From an uncultured Bacteroidaceae bacterium (GTDB lineage: Bacteria; Bacteroidota; Bacteroidia; Bacteroidales; GCA-2748055), in NCBI GenBank assembly GCA_964454295.1, contig CAYVTV010000001.1, forward strand, positions 1,111 through 65,110: 64,000 nt of DNA, given 5' to 3'. This document shows positions 1-9,981 of the stretch, piece by piece. Below the pieces are notes generated by a model. The model was given only the letters and a program-made list of their open reading frames with translations, was not told the DNA's origin and made no database searches. Every line of letters starts with the position of its first letter. Position 1 is the first letter of the stretch. Made by a program: the position numbers and the translations under genes.

Positions 1-763
1 TCCCATTGTTATAGGGAAAATGTTTTCAATAGGCGATGTTGGATTTTTTAACAGGGCAAAAGGATTACAGGATCTACCTGTCATGTTTTTTACCGGAATA
101 GTGCAACAGGTTACTTTACCAACGTTTTCCTTAATACAGGATGAAGAAGAAAGATTTATAAATACTTATAGAAAAGCAATTAAAGCCACATTGTTTATGG
201 TATTGTTACCACTGGTTATCATAGTTATAACAGCATATCCATTAATTGAGATTTTACTAACCGACAAGTGGCTTCCTGCGGCTCCTATGCTACAAATATT
301 AGCACTGGGAGGAATTTTTTATCCGGTAAGCGCTTTAAATGTGAATATCATAGGAATAAAAGGGCGGTCAGACTATGTCATGATTTTACAGTTTATTAAA
401 GATGGGATGGCGATACTTGGTGTAATAATCGGAAGTTTTTTCGGGATCCATGGATTGGTTTGGAGTTTTGCTATTACTAGCAATATAAGTTTTCTGCTGA
501 ATATTCATTTTACTTCAAAAGTAGTGAGTTATTCTATGCATACTCAATTAAAAGATATATTTTCAATACTACTATTAGGCTTTTCTATTGGTTTTTTTGT
601 GTATTATATTACATCCTTTATGAATACTGATAAGTACATGTTGCTTTTAATACAGTTCATATTTGTGTCTTTTTTATATATAACAATATCCTGGGGTTTG
701 AAAATGCATGTTTTAAAAGACACATTAAGCATGTTTAGCCATTTGATTCATCAAAAAAAATGA
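1..763 (+). CDS. Polysaccharide flippase (Wzx / MOP superfamily), C-terminal part; the 5' end lies upstream of the window
   Basis: The frame is open from position 2 with no upstream stop. The product is multi-TM and hydrophobic, with the pattern typical of polysaccharide biosynthesis (Wzx) proteins (TLPTFSLIQDEEERF..., LQILALGGIFYP). Its stop overlaps the next gene start (ATGA at 760). Confidence 0.7.
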   Translation, partial: PIVIGKMFSIGDVGFFNRAKGLQDLPVMFFTGIVQQVTLPTFSLIQDEEERFINTYRKAIKATLFMVLLPLVIIVITAYPLIEILLTDKWLPAAPMLQILALGGIFYPVSALNVNIIGIKGRSDYVMILQFIKDGMAILGVIIGSFFGIHGLVWSFAITSNISFLLNIHFTSKVVSYSMHTQLKDIFSILLLGFSIGFFVYYITSFMNTDKYMLLLIQFIFVSFLYITISWGLKMHVLKDTLSMFSHLIHQKK

Positions 764-1872
764 AAGAAAAACCTATTTACGTTACTCAACCTACTTTACC
801 TGATTTACAGGAATTTATTCCTTATCTCGAAAAGATATGGAACAGTAAAATTCTTACCAACAACGGTCCATTCCACCAACAATTTGAAAAAGAACTGGCA
901 AAATTTCTGGGAGTACCATATATTTCACTTTTTGTAAATGGAACACTTGCATTAATTACAGCTCTTCAGGTTTTAAAAATTACCGGTGAGGTTATTACCA
1001 CTCCTTTCAGTTTTGTTGCTACATCACATGCTCTTTGGTGGAATAATATCAAACCAGTGTTCGCTGATATAGAAAAAGAGACATTTACACTTGATCCAAA
1101 AAGAATTGAAGCTGCTGTTACCCCAAAAACTACAGCTATTCTGTCAGTACATGTTTATGGGAATCCTTGTAGAATAGAAGAAATCCAAAATATTGCCGAT
1201 ACTTATGGTTTGAAAGTAATTTATGATGCGGCACATGCATTCGGTGTAAAGTACAAAGGAAACTCAGTTCTGAATTTTGGCGATATGAGTGTACTAAGTT
1301 TTCATGCAACCAAAGTATTTAACACCTTTGAGGGAGGAGCTATCGTATGCCATGATGAAAAAACCAAACAGAATATTGACGACTTGAAAAACTTTGGTTT
1401 CCGTGGAGAAACGACCGTTGTGGCACCCGGTATCAATGCCAAAATGAATGAAGTGCAAGCCGCAATGGGCTTACTCCAATTGAAGTACATTAAACAGGTC
1501 ATCGCAAAAAGAAAAGAGATTACCCGGCAATATCGAGAACAACTACGTATAATTCCAGGCATTTCTTTAATGGAAGACCAACCCGGAGTTGAGCATTGTT
1601 ACGCTTATTTCCCCATTTTTGTTAATGAAAAGGAATACGGGATAAGCCGCGACCACTTGTACAATACTCTGAAAGAACACGGTATTCATGGCCGCCGTTA
1701 TTTCTATCCACTTATCAGCCAGTTTCCCACATACAGAGGACTTGAATCGGCCCGGGCGGGCAAAATGCCAGTGGCAGAAAAGATTACAGAAGAGGTGATT
1801 TGTTTGCCGATTTATCCGGATCTGGAAATGGGAAAAATTCATTTGATTTGCCAACTTGTTAAAAATTTATAA
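760..1872 (+). CDS. DegT/DnrJ/EryC1/StrS-family PLP-dependent sugar aminotransferase
   Basis: 370-aa ORF. The N-terminus (PYLEKIWNSKILTNNGPFHQQFEKELAKFLG) and the SFHATK lysine motif are typical of this family. It is translationally coupled to the flippase gene. Confidence 0.9.
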   Translation: MKEKPIYVTQPTLPDLQEFIPYLEKIWNSKILTNNGPFHQQFEKELAKFLGVPYISLFVNGTLALITALQVLKITGEVITTPFSFVATSHALWWNNIKPVFADIEKETFTLDPKRIEAAVTPKTTAILSVHVYGNPCRIEEIQNIADTYGLKVIYDAAHAFGVKYKGNSVLNFGDMSVLSFHATKVFNTFEGGAIVCHDEKTKQNIDDLKNFGFRGETTVVAPGINAKMNEVQAAMGLLQLKYIKQVIAKRKEITRQYREQLRIIPGISLMEDQPGVEHCYAYFPIFVNEKEYGISRDHLYNTLKEHGIHGRRYFYPLISQFPTYRGLESARAGKMPVAEKITEEVICLPIYPDLEMGKIHLICQLVKNL

Positions 1873-1875
1873 TTT

Positions 1876-2346
1876 ATGGAGGCATCAAAACTTGGTAATT
1901 ATTTTGAAGATTTTTTAGTTGGAGAGTTTATTGAACATTCACTTTCCAAAACTATTTTTGAGTCTGACAATAACCTATTTTCTCTTCTAACGATGAACCA
2001 TCACCCAGTTCACACAAATATTGAGTATGCGGAAAAGAATCAACATGGGAAAATTTTAGTGGTGGGCACCTTGGTTTTTTCTCTTGTTGTTGGCATTACA
2101 GTGCCAGATATTAGCGGGAAAGCAATAGCAAATTTAAACTACGAGGAAATAATTCATTTAGCACCTGTTTTCATAGGTGACACAATTTATGCGCGGTCTA
2201 AAATATTAAGCAAGAAAAGATCAAGTAAAAAGAAAGACCGGGGAATAATTAATGTTGAAACTACTGGTTATAATCAAAATAAAATTGTTGTTATAAAGTT
2301 TCGAAGAAAAGTATTAATAAAAACATCCCCGAATGGAAAGGACTAA
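1876..2346 (+). CDS. MaoC-like (hotdog-fold) acyl dehydratase/hydratase
   Basis: 156-aa ORF with a MaoC-like pattern (NLFSLLTMNHHPVHTNIEYA..., GDTIYARSKIL). It overlaps the next ORF. Confidence 0.7.
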   Translation: MEASKLGNYFEDFLVGEFIEHSLSKTIFESDNNLFSLLTMNHHPVHTNIEYAEKNQHGKILVVGTLVFSLVVGITVPDISGKAIANLNYEEIIHLAPVFIGDTIYARSKILSKKRSSKKKDRGIINVETTGYNQNKIVVIKFRRKVLIKTSPNGKD

Positions 2347-3232
2347 TGATTACTTGATGAGGAGCTTAATGTTCGTCCCTGCGCATAATGAGCGATTAAT
2401 GAACAGTGCGGCCCGTTCTGAGGCAGATGTGCTATTGCTTGATGTTGAAGACTCCGTGCAACCTGTTTCGAATAAAGTTTTTGCAAGAAAGAACATCGTG
2501 GATTATGTAAAAAATGAGAAATTTAAAAATTATAGCGTTTTCCCCAGGATAAACGACAGAGAAAGTGGTCAATTACTTAAAGACTTGGTTGAATTGACAA
2601 TACCAGGTGTTGACGGATTTATGTACCCAAAATCATATACCGGACAAGATGTTTACTTTATTGATAAGTTGCTTGATACTATTGAGTATGAAAAGGGTAT
2701 CCCTGTTGGTACATTTAAACTTATCCCATTAATTGAGACGGCTGCCGCTGTTCTAAATGCACAGGATATCTGCAGGGCATCTAACAGGGTAATTGCCATT
2801 GCCTTCGGTTGTGAAGATTTTATCACTGACCTGGAAGGAGTTCACGATGATGAGCACGATAGTTTATTCACTCCCCGGGCCTTGATTGCAATGGCTGCGA
2901 GGGCCAGCAATGTCATTCCCATTGATACAGTCCATATTAATGTTCATGATCTGGACGATTTAGAGAAGAATTTAATTGTGGCAAAAAAATTAGGTTTTGA
3001 AGGTATGTTAGCCTTAAATCCCAAAGAGATTAAATTAATTCATCGATACTTTTCTCCAAGTAAAAGTGAAGTTAATGAGGCAAAGGAAATGATTCAATTG
3101 GCAAGTGAAGCAGAAAAAGAAGGAAGAGGAGTAGCTGTAATCAACAATAAGTTTATTGGACCACCTATAGTACTGGCAGCAAAAAAAACCATTGAAAAAC
3201 TCCATTTAATTAATAAGAAACACAAAGAATGA
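2333..3232 (+). CDS. HpcH/HpaI aldolase / citrate lyase beta (CitE)-like acyl-CoA lyase
   Basis: CitE-like motifs are present: RSLMFVPAHNERLMNSA, DVLLLDVEDSV, IPLIETAAAVLNA, FGCEDFITDL. The true start may be the internal Met at 2357. Confidence 0.8.
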   Translation: MERTNDYLMRSLMFVPAHNERLMNSAARSEADVLLLDVEDSVQPVSNKVFARKNIVDYVKNEKFKNYSVFPRINDRESGQLLKDLVELTIPGVDGFMYPKSYTGQDVYFIDKLLDTIEYEKGIPVGTFKLIPLIETAAAVLNAQDICRASNRVIAIAFGCEDFITDLEGVHDDEHDSLFTPRALIAMAARASNVIPIDTVHINVHDLDDLEKNLIVAKKLGFEGMLALNPKEIKLIHRYFSPSKSEVNEAKEMIQLASEAEKEGRGVAVINNKFIGPPIVLAAKKTIEKLHLINKKHKE

Positions 3233-3882
3233 AGAAACTGATAATATTAGGAGGTAGAGGAATAGGGATGATAGCAGCTTCTGTTGCTAACGACCTCGGA
3301 GATTATGAAGTTTTAGGGTTTTTAAACGATTTTGTCCCCATTGGAGATAAGATTGGGAAATTCAAAGGATATAATGTTATAGGTCATTCCTCCGATGTCA
3401 CCAAATATCTTGAAGATGAAAATGTATGCTTTTTCATTGGTTATGTTGGGATAAAAAGCGAGAAAGAAGTTTTTGAAAAAATCTTAAATTTAGGTATACC
3501 AAGCAATAGATTTGCAACTCTCATACACCCAACTGCAATTATTCCTAAAGGGTTTTGCCAAATAGGAAATGGTGTGCTAATGGCCCCTTTATCGCAGCTT
3601 TCACCCGATACGACAATTGAAGATAATTGTATACTATTGCCCAACTCCTTTCTGGGGCATGATAGCACAATGAAACGCTTTTCGCATATCACATCCAATA
3701 GTGTTGTAGGAGGGAATGTAATTATAGGTAAGGCTGCACATATTGGGACCAATGCTACTATTAGAGAAAATGTAGTAATCGGGGATTTTTCTTTAGTTGG
3801 CTCAGGATCTGTGGTGCTAAACAATGTGCCTGAAAATACAATCGTTGCAGGTAATCCAGCAAGAATCATAAGGACTAAATAG
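3229..3882 (+). CDS. NeuD/PglD/VioB-type sugar acyltransferase (left-handed beta-helix)
   Basis: The N-terminus is Rossmann-like (KKLIILGGRGIG). The C-terminus has hexapeptide repeats (IGKAAHIGTNATIRENVVIGDFSLVGSGSVV). ATGA overlap with the upstream gene. Confidence 0.8.
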   Translation: MKKLIILGGRGIGMIAASVANDLGDYEVLGFLNDFVPIGDKIGKFKGYNVIGHSSDVTKYLEDENVCFFIGYVGIKSEKEVFEKILNLGIPSNRFATLIHPTAIIPKGFCQIGNGVLMAPLSQLSPDTTIEDNCILLPNSFLGHDSTMKRFSHITSNSVVGGNVIIGKAAHIGTNATIRENVVIGDFSLVGSGSVVLNNVPENTIVAGNPARIIRTK

Positions 3883-3884
3883 TT

Positions 3885-4844
3885 TTGGACAATCTTTTAG
3901 TATCAATATGTTGTTTAACCTATAACCACAAAAATTATATTATCCAGGCATTAGATAGTTTTTTACAACAAAAAACCAATTTTGAATTCGAAATATTAAT
4001 ACATGATGATGCCTCTAAAGATGGTACTATGGATATAATACGTGAATACGAGGTTAAATACCTTAATATTATAAAACCACTTTACGAAAAAGAAAACCAA
4101 TGGGTAAAAGGTCGAAGAGGCTCAGCAGTTTTTAACTTCCCTCGTGCCCGCGGCAAATACATCGCTCTCTGCGAAGGCGACGACCACTGGACAGATCCGT
4201 TGAAGTTGCAAAAGCAGGTGGATTTTTTGGAATCAAATCGTGATTACGCTATGGTTGCAACAGACATAATTCTTGTTGATAAAGAGAATAAACTGATACC
4301 GCAAAATAATATTGTGTTAACGCAAAGAGCGTTACGCAAACCTGATGTGAATTTTTTCGATCTTCTTCAGACAAATCTGATAAACACATTGACCGTTTGT
4401 GTAAGAACGGATATAATTCAGGAATTAGCGAATGAAGTTGTGAACAGGGACCTATGGTTTGTGATAGACAAATGGTTCTGGCTGAATATTGCAATGAAAT
4501 ATAAAATCAGGTTATTTGATGAGAAAACCGCTGCATACAGGATTCATCAAGATGGCATAAGTCATAATGATGTATATATGTCTAAACGCATTCCCTTAAT
4601 TCGTTATGATGTGGTGAGAAAGTTCTTTCGTTCCGGGAGTATATCAGGATTAGATCATCAAAAACTCTCCATTCTTGCAGACAATTATTTTATTCTCATA
4701 TTATCAAAATACCTGGGACTTGGCAAAAAAATGTTACTGATAGGAAATTTTGTGATGTGTCCCAAGCTTTTTCTGATGTTTATTAAGATTACTATTAAAC
4801 GGGCCTTGAATAAGTTAAAACCTAAGTTTCAAGTCTATTTATAA
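3885..4844 (+). CDS. Glycosyltransferase family 2
   Basis: Apparent TTG start. GT2 signature: VSICCLTYNH...IHDDASKDGT...CEGDDHW. Confidence 0.85.
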   Translation: MDNLLVSICCLTYNHKNYIIQALDSFLQQKTNFEFEILIHDDASKDGTMDIIREYEVKYLNIIKPLYEKENQWVKGRRGSAVFNFPRARGKYIALCEGDDHWTDPLKLQKQVDFLESNRDYAMVATDIILVDKENKLIPQNNIVLTQRALRKPDVNFFDLLQTNLINTLTVCVRTDIIQELANEVVNRDLWFVIDKWFWLNIAMKYKIRLFDEKTAAYRIHQDGISHNDVYMSKRIPLIRYDVVRKFFRSGSISGLDHQKLSILADNYFILILSKYLGLGKKMLLIGNFVMCPKLFLMFIKITIKRALNKLKPKFQVYL

Positions 4845-4845
4845 T

Positions 4846-5778
4846 ATGGTTGCAGTAATTACAATTAACTACCATTTACATAATCACACCATACCTTGCG
4901 TACATTCCGTATTAAATTCCGATTTCCCTGATCTGAAGGTCTTCTTAATTGATAATGGTTCTGCAGAGGAAGATATTAATGCAATAATAAGAGAATTTTC
5001 AGTTCACCTAAAGGTTACTCTTTTAAGGCTTGAAAAAAACAAGGGGTATGTAGGAGGGGTTAATTATGGACTGGAAATGGCGGGTAAAGAGAACCCTGAT
5101 TATTATATGATCATGAATAACGATACAATAATTGATAAATCGGCAATTACGATGCTTGTAGATACGGCAAAAAAGCATAATGATCATGCTATTGTATCAG
5201 GGAAAGTATACTATTATGATCAGCCTGATATATTGCAACATACCGGTGTAATTTTTTCTGACCACAGGTACCTGAAAACAACTTATCCTGGTAAAAATGA
5301 AAAAGATATCGGACAATGTGATGTAGAAAAAGAAAGAGATTCCCTGGATGATGTTTTCTGGCTGATACCGGCACAAATTGTGAAAGATGTAGGATCATAC
5401 AGCAATTATTTTTATTTGTATGCAGAACAGGGTGATTATGCACAGAGGGCGCGACGCATGGGGTATAAACTTATATACACACCTAATGCAAAACTCTGGC
5501 ATAAAGAGAGCATGACGGCCGGAGGAGGCAATACCAGGGCGCTTCCTATTTGTTATTGGCGCGGCCAGGGAATGTTTATTTTTCAATATCGTAATCTTGA
5601 AAGGAAATACTTTTATCGGTTTATGATCATTAATTTTATGAAATATATAATCAAATCACTTTTTTATAGAGGGAATGAACGTAAGTGCACATTTGCTACT
5701 CTACGTGGCTATTTTTACGGTTTTACATGGATGTTCCATAAAAAACCGAATAATGGGTATAACCCGTATCTGAAATAA
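4846..5778 (+). CDS. Glycosyltransferase family 2
   Basis: GT2-like N-terminus: VAVITINYH...FLIDNGS...MNNDT. Confidence 0.8.
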   Translation: MVAVITINYHLHNHTIPCVHSVLNSDFPDLKVFLIDNGSAEEDINAIIREFSVHLKVTLLRLEKNKGYVGGVNYGLEMAGKENPDYYMIMNNDTIIDKSAITMLVDTAKKHNDHAIVSGKVYYYDQPDILQHTGVIFSDHRYLKTTYPGKNEKDIGQCDVEKERDSLDDVFWLIPAQIVKDVGSYSNYFYLYAEQGDYAQRARRMGYKLIYTPNAKLWHKESMTAGGGNTRALPICYWRGQGMFIFQYRNLERKYFYRFMIINFMKYIIKSLFYRGNERKCTFATLRGYFYGFTWMFHKKPNNGYNPYLK

Positions 5779-5894
5779 ATGCGATTAAACATACTTATTT
5801 TTTCTAGCAAGAATGAAAAACAAATAAGCCCAGTTGATTTTAAGATACAAATCTCTATATTAAACAAAATTGCTGAATACTTTCAATTATTTTA

Positions 5895-7385
5895 ATGCTC
5901 CCTTTTCATTATAATAGTTCTTCATACAAAAGATACATATTCGTGTCCCTTTTTCGGATTGTTGGTATAATCCTCCTGGGGTCAGTTATGGTATATGGTT
6001 TGAATACCCAGCTTTCAAGGTCTGCATTTTATGTTTTTATACTTCTTTTCTTTTATTATACAAAAGATAATATTACAGGTATTGCTGTTTTATTTATTTT
6101 AGCATTACATCCCTGGGGCCTTTTTTATTACAAGCCTTATGATTGGATATTTTCACTTACTAATACTGTGGGAGTAAGTTTTAAAAGTATGATCGGCGTG
6201 GTGATTTTATTAAAGTTTTTTATTTATAAATCATGGAAGAAAAATTTTATAAGGGATGCATTCCTTACATATTACAAGATCTTTGGTTTTTATGTGGGTT
6301 TTCTGATATTATGGGGACTAATTTTCGGATATTCTGCGGCTTCATTTTTTAGTTTAATTCATAGTTTACCTGCCCTGGTTTTATTCTTAGTTATATCCCG
6401 GGTATTTGATCCAAAAGCTCTATATTTATTTAACAGAATTATTTTTATTTTTACCTTAATTCATACATTTATTTCCATAGTGGATATTATTTCCGCAGGA
6501 AAAATAACCGAACTATTATTTTTTAACAGGCTGGCTTCAACAGGTGCTGTATGGGATGAAGAATTAATCCGTTTGCTAGGAGGAATAACTTTTGCTTTAT
6601 ATTCTTTTATTACAGGGCTCTATTATCTTGCAAGCAGGAAAGCACAATTTTCAACTTGGTTTTTATGGCTGGTTGTTTTAACCTCCTGGTTTTATATTCT
6701 GAATAGCGCAACAAGGGGATGGATGATTGCTTCAATTATTATGACAGGTTTTTTCATCCTTTACTATTCCAGAAGATTATTATTTGGAAAGAAAAACTTA
6801 ATAATTGCGTTTATAATTATAGCGTTGGGTATTTATTTTACGCCAGGGTTAATAAAAAAAAATGTTAATGTTGCTTTCGATCGTTTTGAAACTGTTGAAT
6901 TTATTCTGGAAGGGGATATGACTGCTGGAGAAACAGCCAGACGCTGGGATGAGAGGGGGCCGCGGGTATTAACCAGGTTTATGGAAAGTCCTGTATTTGG
7001 TTTTGGATATAGTAAAGTTTCAATGGAATACTATGACGGGCATGTAGGCAATCATCTTCTGCTATTAATGGGTGGAGTGGTAGGACTAGCTATTGTTTGG
7101 CTGATTGTTTTATCCCTCATTATTAAGATTTTTTTACTGGAAATAAAAAATAAAGGATATACCGGAATTTTTGTTTTTGGAATGGGATTAATTGCCATTA
7201 TGATCATTCACTCTACAAGCAGAGTTATGATTTCATTCATAATGCCATTTGATTCCGCATTTCTTCTGGCTTTAATATTTAACCAAATTAATGCTCATAT
7301 ACAGGAAGTGAATTATAATAACTTCTATGAGATTAACAATAATTTAAATGAAATTAAAGAAAATCCTTCGTTACATACTTCCTAA
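5895..7385 (+). CDS. O-antigen polymerase (Wzy) / O-antigen ligase-like membrane protein
   Basis: 496-aa protein with more than 10 predicted TM segments and one larger loop (RRWDERGPRV), located in a polysaccharide locus. Confidence 0.65.
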   Translation: MLPFHYNSSSYKRYIFVSLFRIVGIILLGSVMVYGLNTQLSRSAFYVFILLFFYYTKDNITGIAVLFILALHPWGLFYYKPYDWIFSLTNTVGVSFKSMIGVVILLKFFIYKSWKKNFIRDAFLTYYKIFGFYVGFLILWGLIFGYSAASFFSLIHSLPALVLFLVISRVFDPKALYLFNRIIFIFTLIHTFISIVDIISAGKITELLFFNRLASTGAVWDEELIRLLGGITFALYSFITGLYYLASRKAQFSTWFLWLVVLTSWFYILNSATRGWMIASIIMTGFFILYYSRRLLFGKKNLIIAFIIIALGIYFTPGLIKKNVNVAFDRFETVEFILEGDMTAGETARRWDERGPRVLTRFMESPVFGFGYSKVSMEYYDGHVGNHLLLLMGGVVGLAIVWLIVLSLIIKIFLLEIKNKGYTGIFVFGMGLIAIMIIHSTSRVMISFIMPFDSAFLLALIFNQINAHIQEVNYNNFYEINNNLNEIKENPSLHTS

Positions 7386-7998
7386 AAAAGCGAGAACTTT
7401 TCTATCGCACATAATTCCCAGATTTTATATAGTAAATACATACCTGTTGTCAAATCCCGGGCTAATTGAAAATTTACATCTGATAAATAAAAAATATAGA
7501 ATAAAAACAGTCAGTTGGCAGGATGAAGAGAAGCTTAAAAAAGCACATTTATTTCGTGGTCCGGATTCTTATAAAAGCAAAATTCCTGCCAGATTGAATT
7601 CGGAAGAATGGACAGGATTGGCTATATTCGATAAAACCAATGGAGACATAGCTTACCTTGCCTGGATTATTAATAAGAGTATTCCTTATTTTGAGGAGTT
7701 TGGAATATATCTTAAAGACGGTCAGTTTTTATTAAAGGATGGTTACTGTATTCCTGCTTATCGTCATAAGGGACTGCATACCCGGATGGAACAGGAAAGA
7801 ATAAATTATTGTGTCAGACAGGGAGCTAAAGATATATTTATCCAGATTCATAATTCCAATATTAAAGGCGTGGCTTCTGTATTGGCAAACGAATATTTAT
7901 TATACAGCAAAAATTATGTACTGCAGTGGCATGTATTTAATGTGTACAGGAATTTGTCTTCTTTTTTAAAAAATCCTTTTAAAAAAATTGTAAAATAA
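7348..7998 (+). CDS. Hypothetical protein, possibly a GNAT-like acetyltransferase
   Basis: 216-aa ORF. It has a weak GNAT-like segment (IPAYRHKGLHTRMEQERINY). It overlaps the Wzy-like gene end by 38 nt. Confidence 0.4.
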   Translation: MKLKKILRYILPKKARTFLSHIIPRFYIVNTYLLSNPGLIENLHLINKKYRIKTVSWQDEEKLKKAHLFRGPDSYKSKIPARLNSEEWTGLAIFDKTNGDIAYLAWIINKSIPYFEEFGIYLKDGQFLLKDGYCIPAYRHKGLHTRMEQERINYCVRQGAKDIFIQIHNSNIKGVASVLANEYLLYSKNYVLQWHVFNVYRNLSSFLKNPFKKIVK

Positions 7999-8028
7999 GG
8001 TTCATTGTTTTGTTAAGTTGAGTAATAA

Positions 8029-9084
8029 ATGATATCAAATATCAAGTATATTGAATTATCAGGACAAGATGAAGAAAGATGGAATAGATTATTGGTCAGG
8101 TCTTTAAATGCTTCCTACAGGGCAAGCATGAGGTATGAATATTCGAAAGAACTTAATAACAGAGATCTTACTTCTTTCATTTTTATTAAAAATGGGAAAG
8201 ATTTTGCCGGTGTACATTATTCTATAAAAAAGTCTATTTATGATTTAATTAAAATTGGAGATGTTCTATCTGGAATAATATTTACTGAAAAACCGGATTC
8301 TGACCTGTTATCATATATCCTGGATCACTTCATTTCCTGGGGTAAAAAAAATAAAGTATCATATTTGCGTTTTTCTCCGTGGCTTCCTGCTTTTATTGGA
8401 GATAATGTTACTTATTATCAGGAATTATTTAACAAGATATTTTATAATAATGGGTTTCACGAAATTAAACCTGGCAGTAATACATACTGGATAAATCTGG
8501 AATTAAGTGAAGCTGAACTACTGAAAAATATGAAACGACAAACCAGGTATGATATACGACAAGGGATAAAATCAAAAATAAAAATTGAATCTATTGATAG
8601 CCCTGATAAAAATGTAATTAATCAATTCTGGAAATTATATAATGCATTAGGAGAAAAGAAACGATTTAATATTTTAACAGAAAAAATATTTAAATCCCAG
8701 GTATATTATTTATTAAAAAATGGTTTTGCCAGCTTATTTGTTGCATTCTATGAAAATGAAATTATCAACATGGCAATGACAAGTAAAATTGGGATTGCTT
8801 CCTATATGTATGGTGCTATAAACCCTGATTTTAAAAGAATAGAGGGATGTCCTGCCCCTGGTCATCTTACTCAATGGGAGATGATGGTACACATGAAAAA
8901 TATTGGATTAAAAACATATGATCTTGGCTTTTGTCCCGGCCCTATTCCTGTCAATGAACATCCGGAATATAAAATTTGGAGATTTAAATATGGTTTTGGA
9001 GGAAAACATGTTCAGTACTTACCTACCTATGGAAAAATATTACATCCTGTAATAGGAAGATTATTTCAATGTTGGAAATATTAA
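8029..9084 (+). CDS. FemAB-family / Acetyltransf_6-like (double-GNAT) aminoacyl or acyl transferase
   Basis: 351-aa ORF. The central motif MKRQTRYDIRQGIKS and the overall length match FemX/FemAB-like transferases. Confidence 0.6.
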   Translation: MISNIKYIELSGQDEERWNRLLVRSLNASYRASMRYEYSKELNNRDLTSFIFIKNGKDFAGVHYSIKKSIYDLIKIGDVLSGIIFTEKPDSDLLSYILDHFISWGKKNKVSYLRFSPWLPAFIGDNVTYYQELFNKIFYNNGFHEIKPGSNTYWINLELSEAELLKNMKRQTRYDIRQGIKSKIKIESIDSPDKNVINQFWKLYNALGEKKRFNILTEKIFKSQVYYLLKNGFASLFVAFYENEIINMAMTSKIGIASYMYGAINPDFKRIEGCPAPGHLTQWEMMVHMKNIGLKTYDLGFCPGPIPVNEHPEYKIWRFKYGFGGKHVQYLPTYGKILHPVIGRLFQCWKY

Positions 9085-9142
9085 AATATTAATTTCAGCA
9101 ATCAGATCTGACATTTAGAGACTGGAGGAATTACAATAAAAA

Positions 9143-9958
9143 ATGAATATTTATATAAGAATATATTTTAAGCTGTATTATTTACTTGCCAATTTTATTT
9201 TGACTAAAGAATCAGTGATTTTACCTCCTGGTTATCTTGATAAGAAAAACATTTTCATTTATTTTGATTATGAAAGAGAATTTGGCGGCAATAATATCTT
9301 TATTTCAGATAAAGATATTATTTACATACTGGATATACTCGACCAATACAATATTAAAACCACCTGGTTTACTATAGGTAAAATATTTGAACATTATCCT
9401 GAAACTATAAAAGAAATAATTAAGCGGGGTCATGAGGTTGGTTCACATAGTTATATGCATCGTGCTCCTGTAAAAACATTAAATTACCAGGTAAGAAGAG
9501 ACTTTGAAGATTTTAAAAAAGTATCTGAAAAATACGTTAATGTAAAAGGATTTCATTCACCTAACGGAAAGTGGGACCTCTCCATGTTAAAACACTTAAA
9601 GAGACAAGGTTTTCTTTATGACGTTATATATCAACGTAATGATGAAAATGAGAATATTTCTTTTATTGGATTATGGTGTAAGAAATGGTTGTTAAGGTTC
9701 TATACACTGGGTGATGATTGGGCACTATTATATAGGGATAATTTGAATAAAGAAGAAGCATTCGATCATTTTTTAAGTTTATACAGTAAGTTAAAACCTG
9801 GTAAATTACGCGGTATTGGGTTTCATCCCTGGGTACTTTTTACAAATGACAGTATTTTAGAGGGATTCAAAATGTTCCTGCAATATTTAAGCCAGCAAAA
9901 TAGTATAAACATACATAGAGCTGAATTTTATGCAATTATGTGTTTAAAGGAAAGGTAA
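9143..9958 (+). CDS. Polysaccharide deacetylase (NodB-homology / CE4) family protein
   Basis: TWFTIGKIFEHYPETIKEIIKRGHEVGSHSYMH resembles the NodB motifs. Confidence 0.7.
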   Translation: MNIYIRIYFKLYYLLANFILTKESVILPPGYLDKKNIFIYFDYEREFGGNNIFISDKDIIYILDILDQYNIKTTWFTIGKIFEHYPETIKEIIKRGHEVGSHSYMHRAPVKTLNYQVRRDFEDFKKVSEKYVNVKGFHSPNGKWDLSMLKHLKRQGFLYDVIYQRNDENENISFIGLWCKKWLLRFYTLGDDWALLYRDNLNKEEAFDHFLSLYSKLKPGKLRGIGFHPWVLFTNDSILEGFKMFLQYLSQQNSINIHRAEFYAIMCLKER

Positions 9959-9981
9959 CTGCTAATTCCTTAACTTAATAA

